DNA from: an uncultured Phycisphaerales bacterium
Lineage (GTDB): Bacteria > Planctomycetota > Phycisphaerae > Tepidisphaerales > Tepidisphaeraceae
NCBI GenBank assembly: GCA_963755915.1
Contig: CAVWLP010000003.1
Location: 211,784 to 275,783, forward strand
Reading direction: 5' to 3'
Length of the DNA stretch: 64,000 bases
Position 1 is the first letter of the stretch. Every line of letters begins with the position of its first letter. Of this stretch, positions 28,816 to 37,304 are shown one piece after another. The position numbers and the translations under genes are program-made. Under the pieces are notes generated by a model that did no database searches, was not told the DNA's origin, and worked only from the letters and a program-made list of their open reading frames with translations.

Positions 28816-30612
28816 TCATTTCACCTGAATATGCACATGCCGCCAGATCCAGGTAATCGCAAACACCAGGATCGGAATGGCCATCGAGATCAGCACCAGC
28901 CGATACCGCTGCCAGTTCGCGGACGCCGGGCTCGGTGTCACCAGCCGATCCGCCCGCCCCGTCACCTGCACGGCATCGGGATGATCCAGATCTTGCTTCA
29001 TGTCCAGCGCGGTCGCATATCGCTCCTGCGGAAGCCGCGCCATCGCGTGCAGAATAATCTCCTCCACCTGCGGCGAAATCTTGTCGTTTCGTCGCCGCGG
29101 CGCAATCGGATCCCCCGACAGGCGGCTGTTCATGATGATGAACGGATTGGCCCCCTCAAACGGCACGCTGCCGGTCACCATCTCATAAAGAATCGCCCCC
29201 AAACTGTAGATATCCGTGCGGGCATCACCGCGCTTTCCCTTCACCTGCTCAGGCGCCATATAGTCCGGCGTCCCCATTGCCGGCGTAAACCCGCCAAACG
29301 TGAGCCTTCGCGCGCTCTCAAATTTCGCGATCCCGAAATCCATAATCCGGATGCTCCCGTCGCTGCAGATCATGATGTTGTCGGGCTTGAGATCGCGATG
29401 CACCACCTCATGCTCGTGCATGTAGTGCAGCGCCTCGCAAATCCGGCTCGCGATCTTGAGCGAATCCGGAACCGGCATCGGCCGGATCGTGTGCATCAGG
29501 TGCCCCAGCGTCTGCCCCTCCAGATATTCCATCACAATATAGGGCCGGCTCTTCTGCATCGACTCATCGTCGAACATCTTCAGGATGTATGGATGCTGCA
29601 GCGCCTTGCCGATCGCCTGCTCGCGCTGGAATCGCTGGAAAAATCCCGGATCAGATTCAAACTGCATGAACGGAACTTTCAGCGCCACGATCCGATCCGC
29701 GGTCTGATCGATGGCCTTGAATATCGACGCCATCCCCGAGCGGCTGATGATGTCGATGATCCGGAACCGGCCGTCCAGCACCTGTCCCACTTCAAGTTCG
29801 CTTCCCATGATTGCCGGGCTCTCTTTCTGGAATGTTGGCAAACCGCGGTAATAGCTCAGCCTCTCAATTGCCTGAACCTGGATGACCTGCACCGAGAGAT
29901 TGTCATCCGCGCCGCGCCGCTCGGCTGACCGCACCAGTTGCTGGCACGCATCCTCCGGCGAATTCTTCGAAACGATGTTCAGAATCTCCCCCTCCGTGAT
30001 CTGCGACCAGAGCCCGTCGCACATCTGCACGATGATGTCTCCCCCATGAACGCTGATGGTATGGAAATCCACCCGAAGCGTCGGCTCCTGACCAACCGTC
30101 CGGGTTAGGACCGACCGCATCTGGCTGCTCGCCGCCTCTTCAACCGTAATCAGTCCCAGCTTCAGTTGGACTCCCGCATATGAATGATCGTTGGTCACCC
30201 TCCGAATGCGCCCCTGCTGGACGACATAAACCCGGCAATCCCCGACGTGCCCGATGTTCACCTCGTTATGCCGAAAGATGCTCACCGTCAGGGTCGTCGC
30301 CATCCGCCCGCTGCCGTTGTTCCGCATGTTTTCGTCATAGATCGCGATGTTCGCAGCGGTGAACATCTGGTAGAGCGTCTGGGCCGGCGGGGCGAGGGGT
30401 TTGGAGTCGAGGAATATCTTTAAAGCCGTATCACAGGCCAACTTGCTGGCGACCTCCCCTTTGTGTTGCCCCCCCACTCCATCGGCCAGGATCACAATCG
30501 CCCCATGCTTGCGCCAGTCAGCCTCTGATTTAGGCTGCCAAGTGCCAATGCTGTCCTCATTGTTGGGACGAACGGGACCCGCGGTACTCAGAGCCGCATA
30601 GGAAATCTGCAT
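28816..30612 (-). CDS. fused PP2C (PPM) phosphatase / Hanks-type Ser/Thr protein kinase with a C-terminal membrane anchor
   Basis: N-terminal RPNNEDS, ILADGVGG and RGADDNLSV. Kinase part has VALKV, HRDLKPDNI, DFGIA and GTPDYMAPE. The tail has a hydrophobic segment LVLISMAIPILVFAITWIW. Confidence 0.8.
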   Translation of the reverse strand: MQISYAALSTAGPVRPNNEDSIGTWQPKSEADWRKHGAIVILADGVGGQHKGEVASKLACDTALKIFLDSKPLAPPAQTLYQMFTAANIAIYDENMRNNGSGRMATTLTVSIFRHNEVNIGHVGDCRVYVVQQGRIRRVTNDHSYAGVQLKLGLITVEEAASSQMRSVLTRTVGQEPTLRVDFHTISVHGGDIIVQMCDGLWSQITEGEILNIVSKNSPEDACQQLVRSAERRGADDNLSVQVIQVQAIERLSYYRGLPTFQKESPAIMGSELEVGQVLDGRFRIIDIISRSGMASIFKAIDQTADRIVALKVPFMQFESDPGFFQRFQREQAIGKALQHPYILKMFDDESMQKSRPYIVMEYLEGQTLGHLMHTIRPMPVPDSLKIASRICEALHYMHEHEVVHRDLKPDNIMICSDGSIRIMDFGIAKFESARRLTFGGFTPAMGTPDYMAPEQVKGKRGDARTDIYSLGAILYEMVTGSVPFEGANPFIIMNSRLSGDPIAPRRRNDKISPQVEEIILHAMARLPQERYATALDMKQDLDHPDAVQVTGRADRLVTPSPASANWQRYRLVLISMAIPILVFAITWIWRHVHIQVK

Positions 30613-30874
30613 AAAAACACGTGAAAACGCGGTTGAGGCGGCGATTTTAGGTTTCCCGGTCCACAATACAAGCGCGATCTGATTTCAGCAGGCTTTTCAA
30701 CATTTGCTTCGCCACCGCCCAACATTGCGGCTTTCCCTTTCAACGCCGTAAATATATGCGCACTTTTTAGGCGGGACCCCACCAACCGCCAAATCCCCAT
30801 AAAAACGGCCGAAAGTTGATAATCGCCCGACCCCACAGCAGCGGGACGTTTGCAAATTGCAAGTCTTATAGCCT

Positions 30875-30890
30875 TGGCACATATTTTGTA
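30875..30890 (+). promoter_or_regulatory. possible sigma-54 (-24/-12) promoter TGGCAC-N5-TTGT upstream of the permease-amt pair
   Basis: TGGCACatattTTGTA has correct GG-to-TG spacing, but the -12 reads TTGT instead of TTGC. It lies 55 nt upstream of the GTG start at 30945. Confidence 0.3.
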
Positions 30891-30944
30891 ATTGCGATCA
30901 TCAACCTCGCGCTCTGCGTCTTTCATGCCTGAAAAGGAGAGATT

Positions 30945-33038
30945 GTGGCAACAGACAACCCAGCACCTTCGTCGGCATCGGGGTCCGGACAAGGCACGAT
31001 GAAACCAACGCTCGGTTTGACCGGGCTGACAGCCAATGCCGCGGCGTTGATCGCGCCGGGCGCATTTTTGTGGCTGACGTTTGCGGAACAGTCGGCCTAT
31101 GGATCTCCATCCGCCGCTGCTTCCATGTGGTTTGGCATGTTCGCATGCCTGATGCTCTGTTTGGCCACCGCGATCTCCTATGGTCAGCTTGCCAAGCTCT
31201 ACCCCGGCGCCGGTTCTTCATACTTCTTCGCCGAACAAGCGTTTCTGTCCAAAAAGCAAGTCTATCGATGGGCACGAATTAACAAATTCATCGTCGGCTG
31301 GGCCAGTCACCTCTACTATTGGGTATACCCCGGCGTGATGGTTGGCGTCACGGCCATATTCATAGCCTACATGGCCGGCGTTTTCTGGCCCAATACGTTC
31401 AACAGTACAATTGGCAGTCCCCCTTTGATGCTCATGGTCTGCGTTGTCTTCGCTCTTGGAGTTTCCTATATCGCCTATAGAGGCATCGTCGGTTCTACCG
31501 TTGTGGCGGTGAGCATCAATGTTATCCAGATCGTGGCCCTGGTCATTTTCTCATGCCTGGCCATTGATCACCGCTTGAAAGTTCATGAAGGAGATTTGGA
31601 TTACAACCTGGTCAATGGCGTCGCTTCGCCTTACGTCCAGGACAGCTATACAGCCGCCGGCGCGTCTTCCTCGACCAGTAAAGTCGACGCCAATGGCAAC
31701 CCGGTCTTCTGCTACTACGTTGCCAATGCCGACGGCAGCGTCGTCCAGCCCAACGTCAACGGCCAAAACATCAAGGTCGATCCCAAAGGCCAGAGCTACA
31801 CCGTCGACAACACTGACAATCCCGTTCAGGTCACCACCGACAACAACGGTGTGCCAGAAGATTCTCACTGGCAGCTTGACGCCAAGAGCGGAAACCTTGT
31901 CGTAACCGGTGGCGCCACCACTCAGCCCGCCGCGTATAAAGTCGGCACCGTCGCCGTGCCCCAGTGGAACACCACCACCTATCAGGGCGGTATGTTGCAG
32001 GATCCCAAGTCCGGAACGTGGACATTTCTTTATCACGAATCCGCCAAATCCGTCGTCGCCCCGCATAAATTCAGCTTTTTGATCATCCAGATGGGCATGG
32101 CGATTCTGTGCTTCTGTGGTTTCGAGTCCTGCTCCGCCCTCGGCGCCGAGGCCAAGAACCCCAAGAAGCATATTCCCATTGCCATTGTCCTTGCGCTGCT
32201 CATCCAGGGCGGTTTCTGTTATCTCTTCGAATACTTTGCCGCCAATTACTTCCAAAGCTCCTCTTACACCAGCTCGACGGCATCCGGCTCTTCGGCGCCC
32301 ATTGGCGACATGATGCAGATCGTCGGCGCCTGGGCATTCGGCTCTCCCACCGCCGGATATTATTTTGTCGTTGTCGAAGCCGTAACCGTCTTCCTCGCAC
32401 TCGTCGGCACTACGCTCTCGTGCATCAACACGGGCGCTCGCGTGACCTATGCCATGGGTCGCGATGAGGAAGTCCCCTCTCACTTCGGCCTGATTCACGG
32501 TAAGAATGACACCCCCCACCGGTGCATCTGGACCTTGGCGTTCATTTCCCTTATTGTCGGTTTCCTGGTCGTACTCTTCTACCTCTGCGGCCCCTCTGCA
32601 ACTTTCCCCGACAGCACCTTGACCGATGCCCAGAAGGCCAGCTTCTGGTACAAGCTGGCATTCACAACCTCCGAAGAGGCCGCTAAATTCCCCAACGCGT
32701 TCATCTTCTTGTCGCTCGTGAGCAACTTCGGCATGTTCATGCTCTATATGTTGACTTGCATTTGCACGATGGTGGCTTGGCACGAGCGCGAAGGTCGCAA
32801 TATCCTCATGCACGTTCTGATCCCGCTGTTTGGAGCTATAGCCAACTTTTTAGGCATGTTGTTCTATTTGCTTGGTCCGCTCCCGGCTTTTGGGATCAGC
32901 GGAATGCGTTGGCAAGAACCGTATATTGCGCTCGGCATCGCTGCGGTATGGGGGATCTATGGAACGATCTACTTCTCAATGCGCAGCAAGAAAATGGGCA
33001 AAGAGGTGTTCATCACCAAGCCCACAATTACGGCGTAA
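30945..33038 (+). CDS. APC-superfamily permease with a ~170-aa hydrophilic insertion
   Basis: GTG preceded by GGAGA. There are 12 or more hydrophobic segments with an amino-acid-permease-like layout. Residues ~208-375 are Asn/Thr/Val/Gly-rich and non-membrane. Confidence 0.65.
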   Translation: MATDNPAPSSASGSGQGTMKPTLGLTGLTANAAALIAPGAFLWLTFAEQSAYGSPSAAASMWFGMFACLMLCLATAISYGQLAKLYPGAGSSYFFAEQAFLSKKQVYRWARINKFIVGWASHLYYWVYPGVMVGVTAIFIAYMAGVFWPNTFNSTIGSPPLMLMVCVVFALGVSYIAYRGIVGSTVVAVSINVIQIVALVIFSCLAIDHRLKVHEGDLDYNLVNGVASPYVQDSYTAAGASSSTSKVDANGNPVFCYYVANADGSVVQPNVNGQNIKVDPKGQSYTVDNTDNPVQVTTDNNGVPEDSHWQLDAKSGNLVVTGGATTQPAAYKVGTVAVPQWNTTTYQGGMLQDPKSGTWTFLYHESAKSVVAPHKFSFLIIQMGMAILCFCGFESCSALGAEAKNPKKHIPIAIVLALLIQGGFCYLFEYFAANYFQSSSYTSSTASGSSAPIGDMMQIVGAWAFGSPTAGYYFVVVEAVTVFLALVGTTLSCINTGARVTYAMGRDEEVPSHFGLIHGKNDTPHRCIWTLAFISLIVGFLVVLFYLCGPSATFPDSTLTDAQKASFWYKLAFTTSEEAAKFPNAFIFLSLVSNFGMFMLYMLTCICTMVAWHEREGRNILMHVLIPLFGAIANFLGMLFYLLGPLPAFGISGMRWQEPYIALGIAAVWGIYGTIYFSMRSKKMGKEVFITKPTITA

Positions 33039-33062
33039 AATCACCCCTGGACAACCCAGAAG

Positions 33063-33098
33063 CGACGGCCACCCTCTCGGGTGGCCGTCGTGTTTTCT
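33063..33098 (+). terminator. rho-independent terminator between the permease and amt
   Basis: cgacggccaccc-tctc-gggtggccgtcg followed by tgttttct. Confidence 0.7.
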
Positions 33099-33150
33099 GG
33101 GATGCCTATTCTTGTCCCCATGCCGCGCCGTCTGTAACTTGACGCCACTT

Positions 33151-34602
33151 ATGACCGACATCAATTCGCAACTGGCCGATCACGCCCGCGCCATCAACTT
33201 CATCTGGACGCTGGTTGCCGGTTTTTTAGTCATGTTCATGCAGGCCGGCTTCGCCCTGATCGAAACCGGCATGTGCCGCGCCAAAAACGCCGCGCACACC
33301 ATGAGCATGAACCTCCTCGTCTACTGCCTCTCCATGATGGGATTCTTCGTCTGCGGCTTCGCCCTGATGATGGGCGGCGTTAACGGTTCTCCCGCCGGTT
33401 CCGGTGCACCACTGATCGGCGGCCCCAAATCCCTCGGCCTCTACGGCGGAAGCACCCTCAGCCACATGATCTACCTCCCCATCGCCGGCAAAAGCTGGGG
33501 ACTCATCGGCGCCAGCGGCTTTTTCCTCAGCGGCCACTCCATCACTCCCGCCTCCCTCGTCCTCTTCTTCTACATGATGGTTTTCATGGACACCACCGCC
33601 ACCATCCCCACCGGCGCACTGGCCGAACGCTGGAGCTTCAAGAGCTTCACCATCTTCAGCGTCTGCGTCGGCGCCTTCATCTACAGCTTCTACGGCTGCT
33701 GGATGTGGGGCGGTGGCTGGCTTGCCGAACTGGGGGTCAACGCCGGCCTCGGTCACGGCGCCGTCGATTACGCGGGTTCTTCCGTCGTCCATCTCCAGGG
33801 CGGATCACTCGCTTTCATCATGACCTACATGATCGGCGCTCGCATCGGAAAATATGATGAGATGGGAAACCCCCGCCCGATCTTCGGCCATCACATGCCA
33901 ATGGTCATGTTCGGAACCCTTCTTCTGGCCTTCGGATGGTTTGGATTCAACTCCGGCTCCGGCCTCTCGGGCATCAGCGACCGCATCGGTCTCATTGCCG
34001 TCAACACCATGCTCTCCTCCGGCTCCGCCACCGTCGCCGCCTGTTTCGCCATGTGGCGAATCTACGGCAAGCCCGACCCTTCCATGATGTGCAACGGAAT
34101 GCTCGGCGGGCTCGTCGCCATCACTGCGTCGTGCGCCTTCGTCTCCCCCTTCGCCGCATTCTTCATAGGAATCATCGCCGGTCTTATCGTCGTCTGGAGC
34201 GTCCTGTTCCTCGAACGCAAAGGCATCGACGACCCCGTCGGCGCCATCAGCGTTCATGGCATCGCAGGAATCTGGGGAATCCTTTCCGTCGGAATCTTCG
34301 CCAACGGCACCTACGGCGACGGCGTTAACAACGTCTCCGGAAACGTCGTCGGAATCCTTTACGGCGATCATTCCCCCAAACAGCTCCTCGCCCAAACCAT
34401 CGCCGCCGTCACCTGCGTCGCCTGGAACATCATCGTCGGCGGCCTGGTCTTCCGCGCCATCGGCAAATGGATCGGCTCCAACCGCGTGCGCCCGGAAGTT
34501 GAAGTCGCCGGTCTCGATATCCCCGAAATGGGCGCCCCCGGCTACACGGAATTCATCACCCACATCTCCCAGGAACAAATCGGCGCCTCGGAAATTCCCT
34601 GA
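33151..34602 (+). CDS. amt: ammonium transporter (Amt family)
   Basis: FMQAGFALIETG, VVHLQGG, FGWFGFNSGS and ISVHGIAGIWG are conserved Amt motifs. The start is ATG at 33151. Confidence 0.9.
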   Translation: MTDINSQLADHARAINFIWTLVAGFLVMFMQAGFALIETGMCRAKNAAHTMSMNLLVYCLSMMGFFVCGFALMMGGVNGSPAGSGAPLIGGPKSLGLYGGSTLSHMIYLPIAGKSWGLIGASGFFLSGHSITPASLVLFFYMMVFMDTTATIPTGALAERWSFKSFTIFSVCVGAFIYSFYGCWMWGGGWLAELGVNAGLGHGAVDYAGSSVVHLQGGSLAFIMTYMIGARIGKYDEMGNPRPIFGHHMPMVMFGTLLLAFGWFGFNSGSGLSGISDRIGLIAVNTMLSSGSATVAACFAMWRIYGKPDPSMMCNGMLGGLVAITASCAFVSPFAAFFIGIIAGLIVVWSVLFLERKGIDDPVGAISVHGIAGIWGILSVGIFANGTYGDGVNNVSGNVVGILYGDHSPKQLLAQTIAAVTCVAWNIIVGGLVFRAIGKWIGSNRVRPEVEVAGLDIPEMGAPGYTEFITHISQEQIGASEIP

Positions 34603-34648
34603 GGTTGACCGATCCGCCCCACCGTCTAAAATCCCGTAGACGAAAATC

Positions 34649-34721
34649 GGCAGCGTAGCTCAGTTGGTAGAGCGCGGGATTCATAAGCCCAAGGTCCCCG
34701 GTTCGAGTCCGGGCGCTGCTA
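34649..34721 (+). tRNA. tRNA with CAU anticodon (elongator Met or lysidine-dependent Ile2); no encoded CCA
   Basis: Manual cloverleaf: acceptor ggcagcg/cgctgct (G1-U72), D arm gctc-agttggta-gagc, loop ttCATaa, T arm ccccg... ttcgagt. The anticodon stem has only three G-C pairs, flanked by C-A and A-G mismatches. Confidence 0.75.
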
Positions 34722-34770
34722 TTGAGAATTTCGCGGAAATTCGGCAGTTTCGCCTCACCGCGTGTTATGC
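34700..34770. repeat. att-like direct repeat, copy 1 (tRNA T-arm/3' end plus ~47 nt of flank)
   Basis: gggcgctgctatt (34711-34723) is identical to 37198-37210. The following ~47 nt are roughly 70% identical to 37211-37260 by eye. Confidence 0.6.
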
Positions 34771-35114
34771 CTGATGTGCCTTCGACACAGGTTTCGACAC
34801 AGGAGGTGGCCGATGTCCGCCACGCCAACCTTTCCCAGATTGCCATATTCAGGATTCCCCCTGCGGCCTCATCGAAATGGTCAAGCGGTGTGCTCATCAT
34901 AGCAGCATCTGCCACGTGTGGCAGAAGTTGGCAAAACGCTGACGCGACTAAGGTGGCGGTCGCAATCCGAAAGCCACCGTTAAATCTCTTTCACGAAAGG
35001 AGGCTCCAATGAGAGCTTCAAGCAGTATCGTTTCCGGTTCTTTCTGCGGTGCGGATATCGAACCCGGAACTTTTCATTTTTTTGCGACTTCGGGCCCTTG
35101 CCTAGCATCTGGTC

Positions 35115-35606
35115 TCAATGCAGACCGGACGGTGCGGCTCGATGGACGAGATGACGGTTCCGACGGGCGTGCCGTTCCACGAGGTTGCGATAAATGCAGT
35201 TTTCCATGACCGGCGAAATCTGGTTTGGAGAATCAATGACGATGAATTCAAACGGACGGGTTAAAGAGAAAAGCAGTCGGGAAAGAATTGTCTGATAGCC
35301 TTCCACCTCGGTGATTTGCCGCCCCAAATCCTCCAGACCCTGGCTGGATGGGATGAATGACAAGTTTTCAAACTTGGTCGTCTGAATCACCGAATCGAGC
35401 GTCGCCCTGCCTTCCATCGCAGCCACAAGCGTTCCCTCGGAAGATAGGCCATCGCCGGCGCCGAGCCACTGCGTTACCTGGGCCTGGGGATCCATGTCGA
35501 TGAGAAGCGTGGGCAGGCCGCGAATCGCTAGCCCCGACGCGAGGCTCATGGCGATCGTACTCTTGCCGCAGCCCCCCTTTGCGTTGATGACGGTGATGAT
35601 ATTCAT
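35115..35606 (-). pseudogene. parA: truncated ParA/Soj-family partition ATPase (N-terminal ~140 aa only)
   Basis: Deviant Walker A KGGCGKST, LLIDMDPQ and Walker B FIVIDSPN are present. The C-terminal third is missing and not recoverable in any frame. The ATG overlaps the rep stop as ATGA. Confidence 0.65.
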
Positions 35607-36634
35607 GATGACAGTGAATCGTCTAGGCGGCGCTCGATGTCCCGTACAGCGGCTTGAAGGTTTGTACGAAGTGGATTGTCGTCTTCTCGGCTTTGGGGGA
35701 CGGCATTTCGAATCTCAGGCCGTGCCCAATCCTCCTCAATCGCCCGGCGAAGCATTCCCAGACGATTCTTCCTCACCTTCCGCCGATCAATCCAGTCAAT
35801 TTGACGCGCGATGCAATGAAATGGAAACTGGCTGGCCATCAGCTCTGCTGCCGCGTCGTCGAAACCAGCGTCTTTGAGCTTTTCAAAGGAAGCAGCAGCT
35901 TCGGGTGATAGCTCCTGTTGTTTAAGAGTGTTATTTAATTCTGTTATTTCAAGATCGGTACGATTTTCTAACTGTTCCCCCGGTACGTTTTTCAAACCGT
36001 TCCCGGTACGATTTTCTAACCGTTTTTCGGGTTCATTTTCTTCCGGTACGGTTTTCCAACTGTGCGTGAAATCCGCCTTGCCGTAGAGCCATTTAATCGC
36101 ATAGACCGCCGCCGTGCTTGTGATGCCAGCATTGCGATCAAACTTGCCCGGCTCCACGATCCGGATGTAATTGGAATCCAGGGCACGGTGGATGGCGGCG
36201 CTAATGGTGTTTCGATTGCCGATGCGGGAATAGTTCTGAATATGCTGGTAGGAAAGCGCTACCTTTTGCAGGCGATGCCCCCATTTGTTCTGAAAGCCGA
36301 TCGAAAAACGAATGATCGATCCCACCACCTTGACCACAGCCAGGTTTTCGTTCGGAACGACGACATCGAAGAATTGGTTGGGGATATACGTCCGATTGCC
36401 CTCGCCGGCGAAGAAGCCACGGAATTTCCTGGGGTCTTTGATGTATTGCGGGCGCTGGTCCCACTTCAATTCGTACATCCCTGATACCGTTTCCTGACCA
36501 CGCCGCTGTTGTCGTGGCTCCCGAACACATTCAACAAAATGGCCTTTTATGGCCTCCTCCAGCGCCGGACGGATCATGTTCCGGCTGATGCCAGCGTCCT
36601 CAAAATCGTCGTAGGTGGCCAAGTGGCGCACCAC
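35603..36634 (-). CDS. replication-initiator-like protein (phage O / DnaD-type winged-helix N-terminal region)
   Basis: YIPNQFFDVVVPNENLAVVKVVGSIIRFSIGFQNKWGHRLQKVALSYQHIQNYSRIGNRNTISAAIHRAL fits the IPN...l.i.r.t.G...is pattern of such initiators. It contains iteron-like repeats. Confidence 0.5.
   Translation of the reverse strand: MVRHLATYDDFEDAGISRNMIRPALEEAIKGHFVECVREPRQQRRGQETVSGMYELKWDQRPQYIKDPRKFRGFFAGEGNRTYIPNQFFDVVVPNENLAVVKVVGSIIRFSIGFQNKWGHRLQKVALSYQHIQNYSRIGNRNTISAAIHRALDSNYIRIVEPGKFDRNAGITSTAAVYAIKWLYGKADFTHSWKTVPEENEPEKRLENRTGNGLKNVPGEQLENRTDLEITELNNTLKQQELSPEAAASFEKLKDAGFDDAAAELMASQFPFHCIARQIDWIDRRKVRKNRLGMLRRAIEEDWARPEIRNAVPQSREDDNPLRTNLQAAVRDIERRLDDSLSS
35956..36060. repeat. 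four to five iteron-like direct repeats (17-nt core cggtacgRttttcYaac) spaced 23-25 bp apart, inside the rep-like gene
   Basis: Copies at 35956-35972, 35981-35997, 36004-36020 and 36044-36060, plus a degenerate copy at 36028-36044. Confidence 0.7.
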
Positions 36635-37185
36635 CTGAGGATTCCCCGCGTCGTCGTAGACATAAGCAGCATCGGTTGTCCCGTTGACGGCATATCCGTG
36701 GTGCTGTCGGCGAGAGTATTGACCATCAGCGACAACAGAATCCGTTGTTCCAAGGCTTCAATTACGGCTTTTGCAATCGCTGATCGCCGATGCTGAATCC
36801 TTCGCCTTCGAAAGAGCCTGCCAGTGATCGACTTCAATCGCCCCAGACCGAGAGAGCGCCAGCCATAAACTGCCTCCTTCCCCGATTTTTCCCTTTTTAC
36901 AACGCCGCAAAGGGTATACCTAGCCCCAGATCCGCCCGTACAAAACTGATATGAACAACAGACTGCGGCGGTAGAATAACGTGTGATTCTTACGTTTGCA
37001 ACGCTATTATCTGTGGTAAAAAATTTGTCGCAACAGTAAGATACTACGTTTGAGCACAGAAAATATCCGCAATGTCACCACGAGATTGAATGTTGCGCTA
37101 ACCGACCGAAACGGAGCACCATAATATGTTTGAACGTGGTCTTATTTGAGGGGGAGGGAAGACGACCATTGTCGCATTGACCTTC

Positions 37186-37262
37186 CCCACGTTCGGTGGG
37201 CGCTGCTATTCAAAATTTGGCGCGAATTCGGCTTTCTGCGCCTCGCTGCGTGTATATTCTCG
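37186..37262. repeat. att-like direct repeat, copy 2 (degenerate tRNA T-arm and 3' acceptor strand plus flank)
   Basis: cccac-gttcg-gtggg hairpin followed by cgctgcta and then ttcaaaatttggcgcgaattcggc, parallel to the tRNA 3' region at 34697-34770. Confidence 0.6.
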
Positions 37263-37304
37263 CCGACGCGATCTGGCGGCCCGTGGAAAATGTGATCGGC
37301 GCCC

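Noticed and set aside
28645-29928. 427-aa plus-strand ORF, antisense to the PP2C-kinase gene.
   Set aside because: The opposite strand carries complete kinase and phosphatase motif sets. This frame is Arg/His/Pro-rich noise.
31551-34578. Long minus-strand ORFs (31551..32813, 33226..33792, 33805..34578) opposite the permease and amt.
   Set aside because: They are antisense to transporters with canonical motifs. The translations are Gly/Asp/Ala-rich without transmembrane or domain features.
34556-34915. 119-aa minus-strand ORF overlapping the tRNA gene.
   Set aside because: It runs through the tRNA and the att-like flank, with no coding-like composition.
34909-34924. Palindrome ctgccac-gt-gtggcag, considered as a parS centromere because of its CACGTG-like centre.
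   Set aside because: The symmetry centre is a non-palindromic GT. The arms do not match the TGTTNCACGTGAAACA consensus, only a single copy is present, and there is no parB gene. I kept it only as a detail of the island finding.
36995-37020. ttatctgtgg, considered as a DnaA box in the AT-rich stretch of the island.
   Set aside because: It does not match TTATCCACA in either orientation beyond 5-6 nt, and only a single occurrence is present.
34722-37197. Search for an integrase, excisionase or reverse transcriptase in the island.
   Set aside because: No frame shows tyrosine- or serine-recombinase or RT motifs. Only short non-coding-looking ORFs are present, so the element is described as a remnant.
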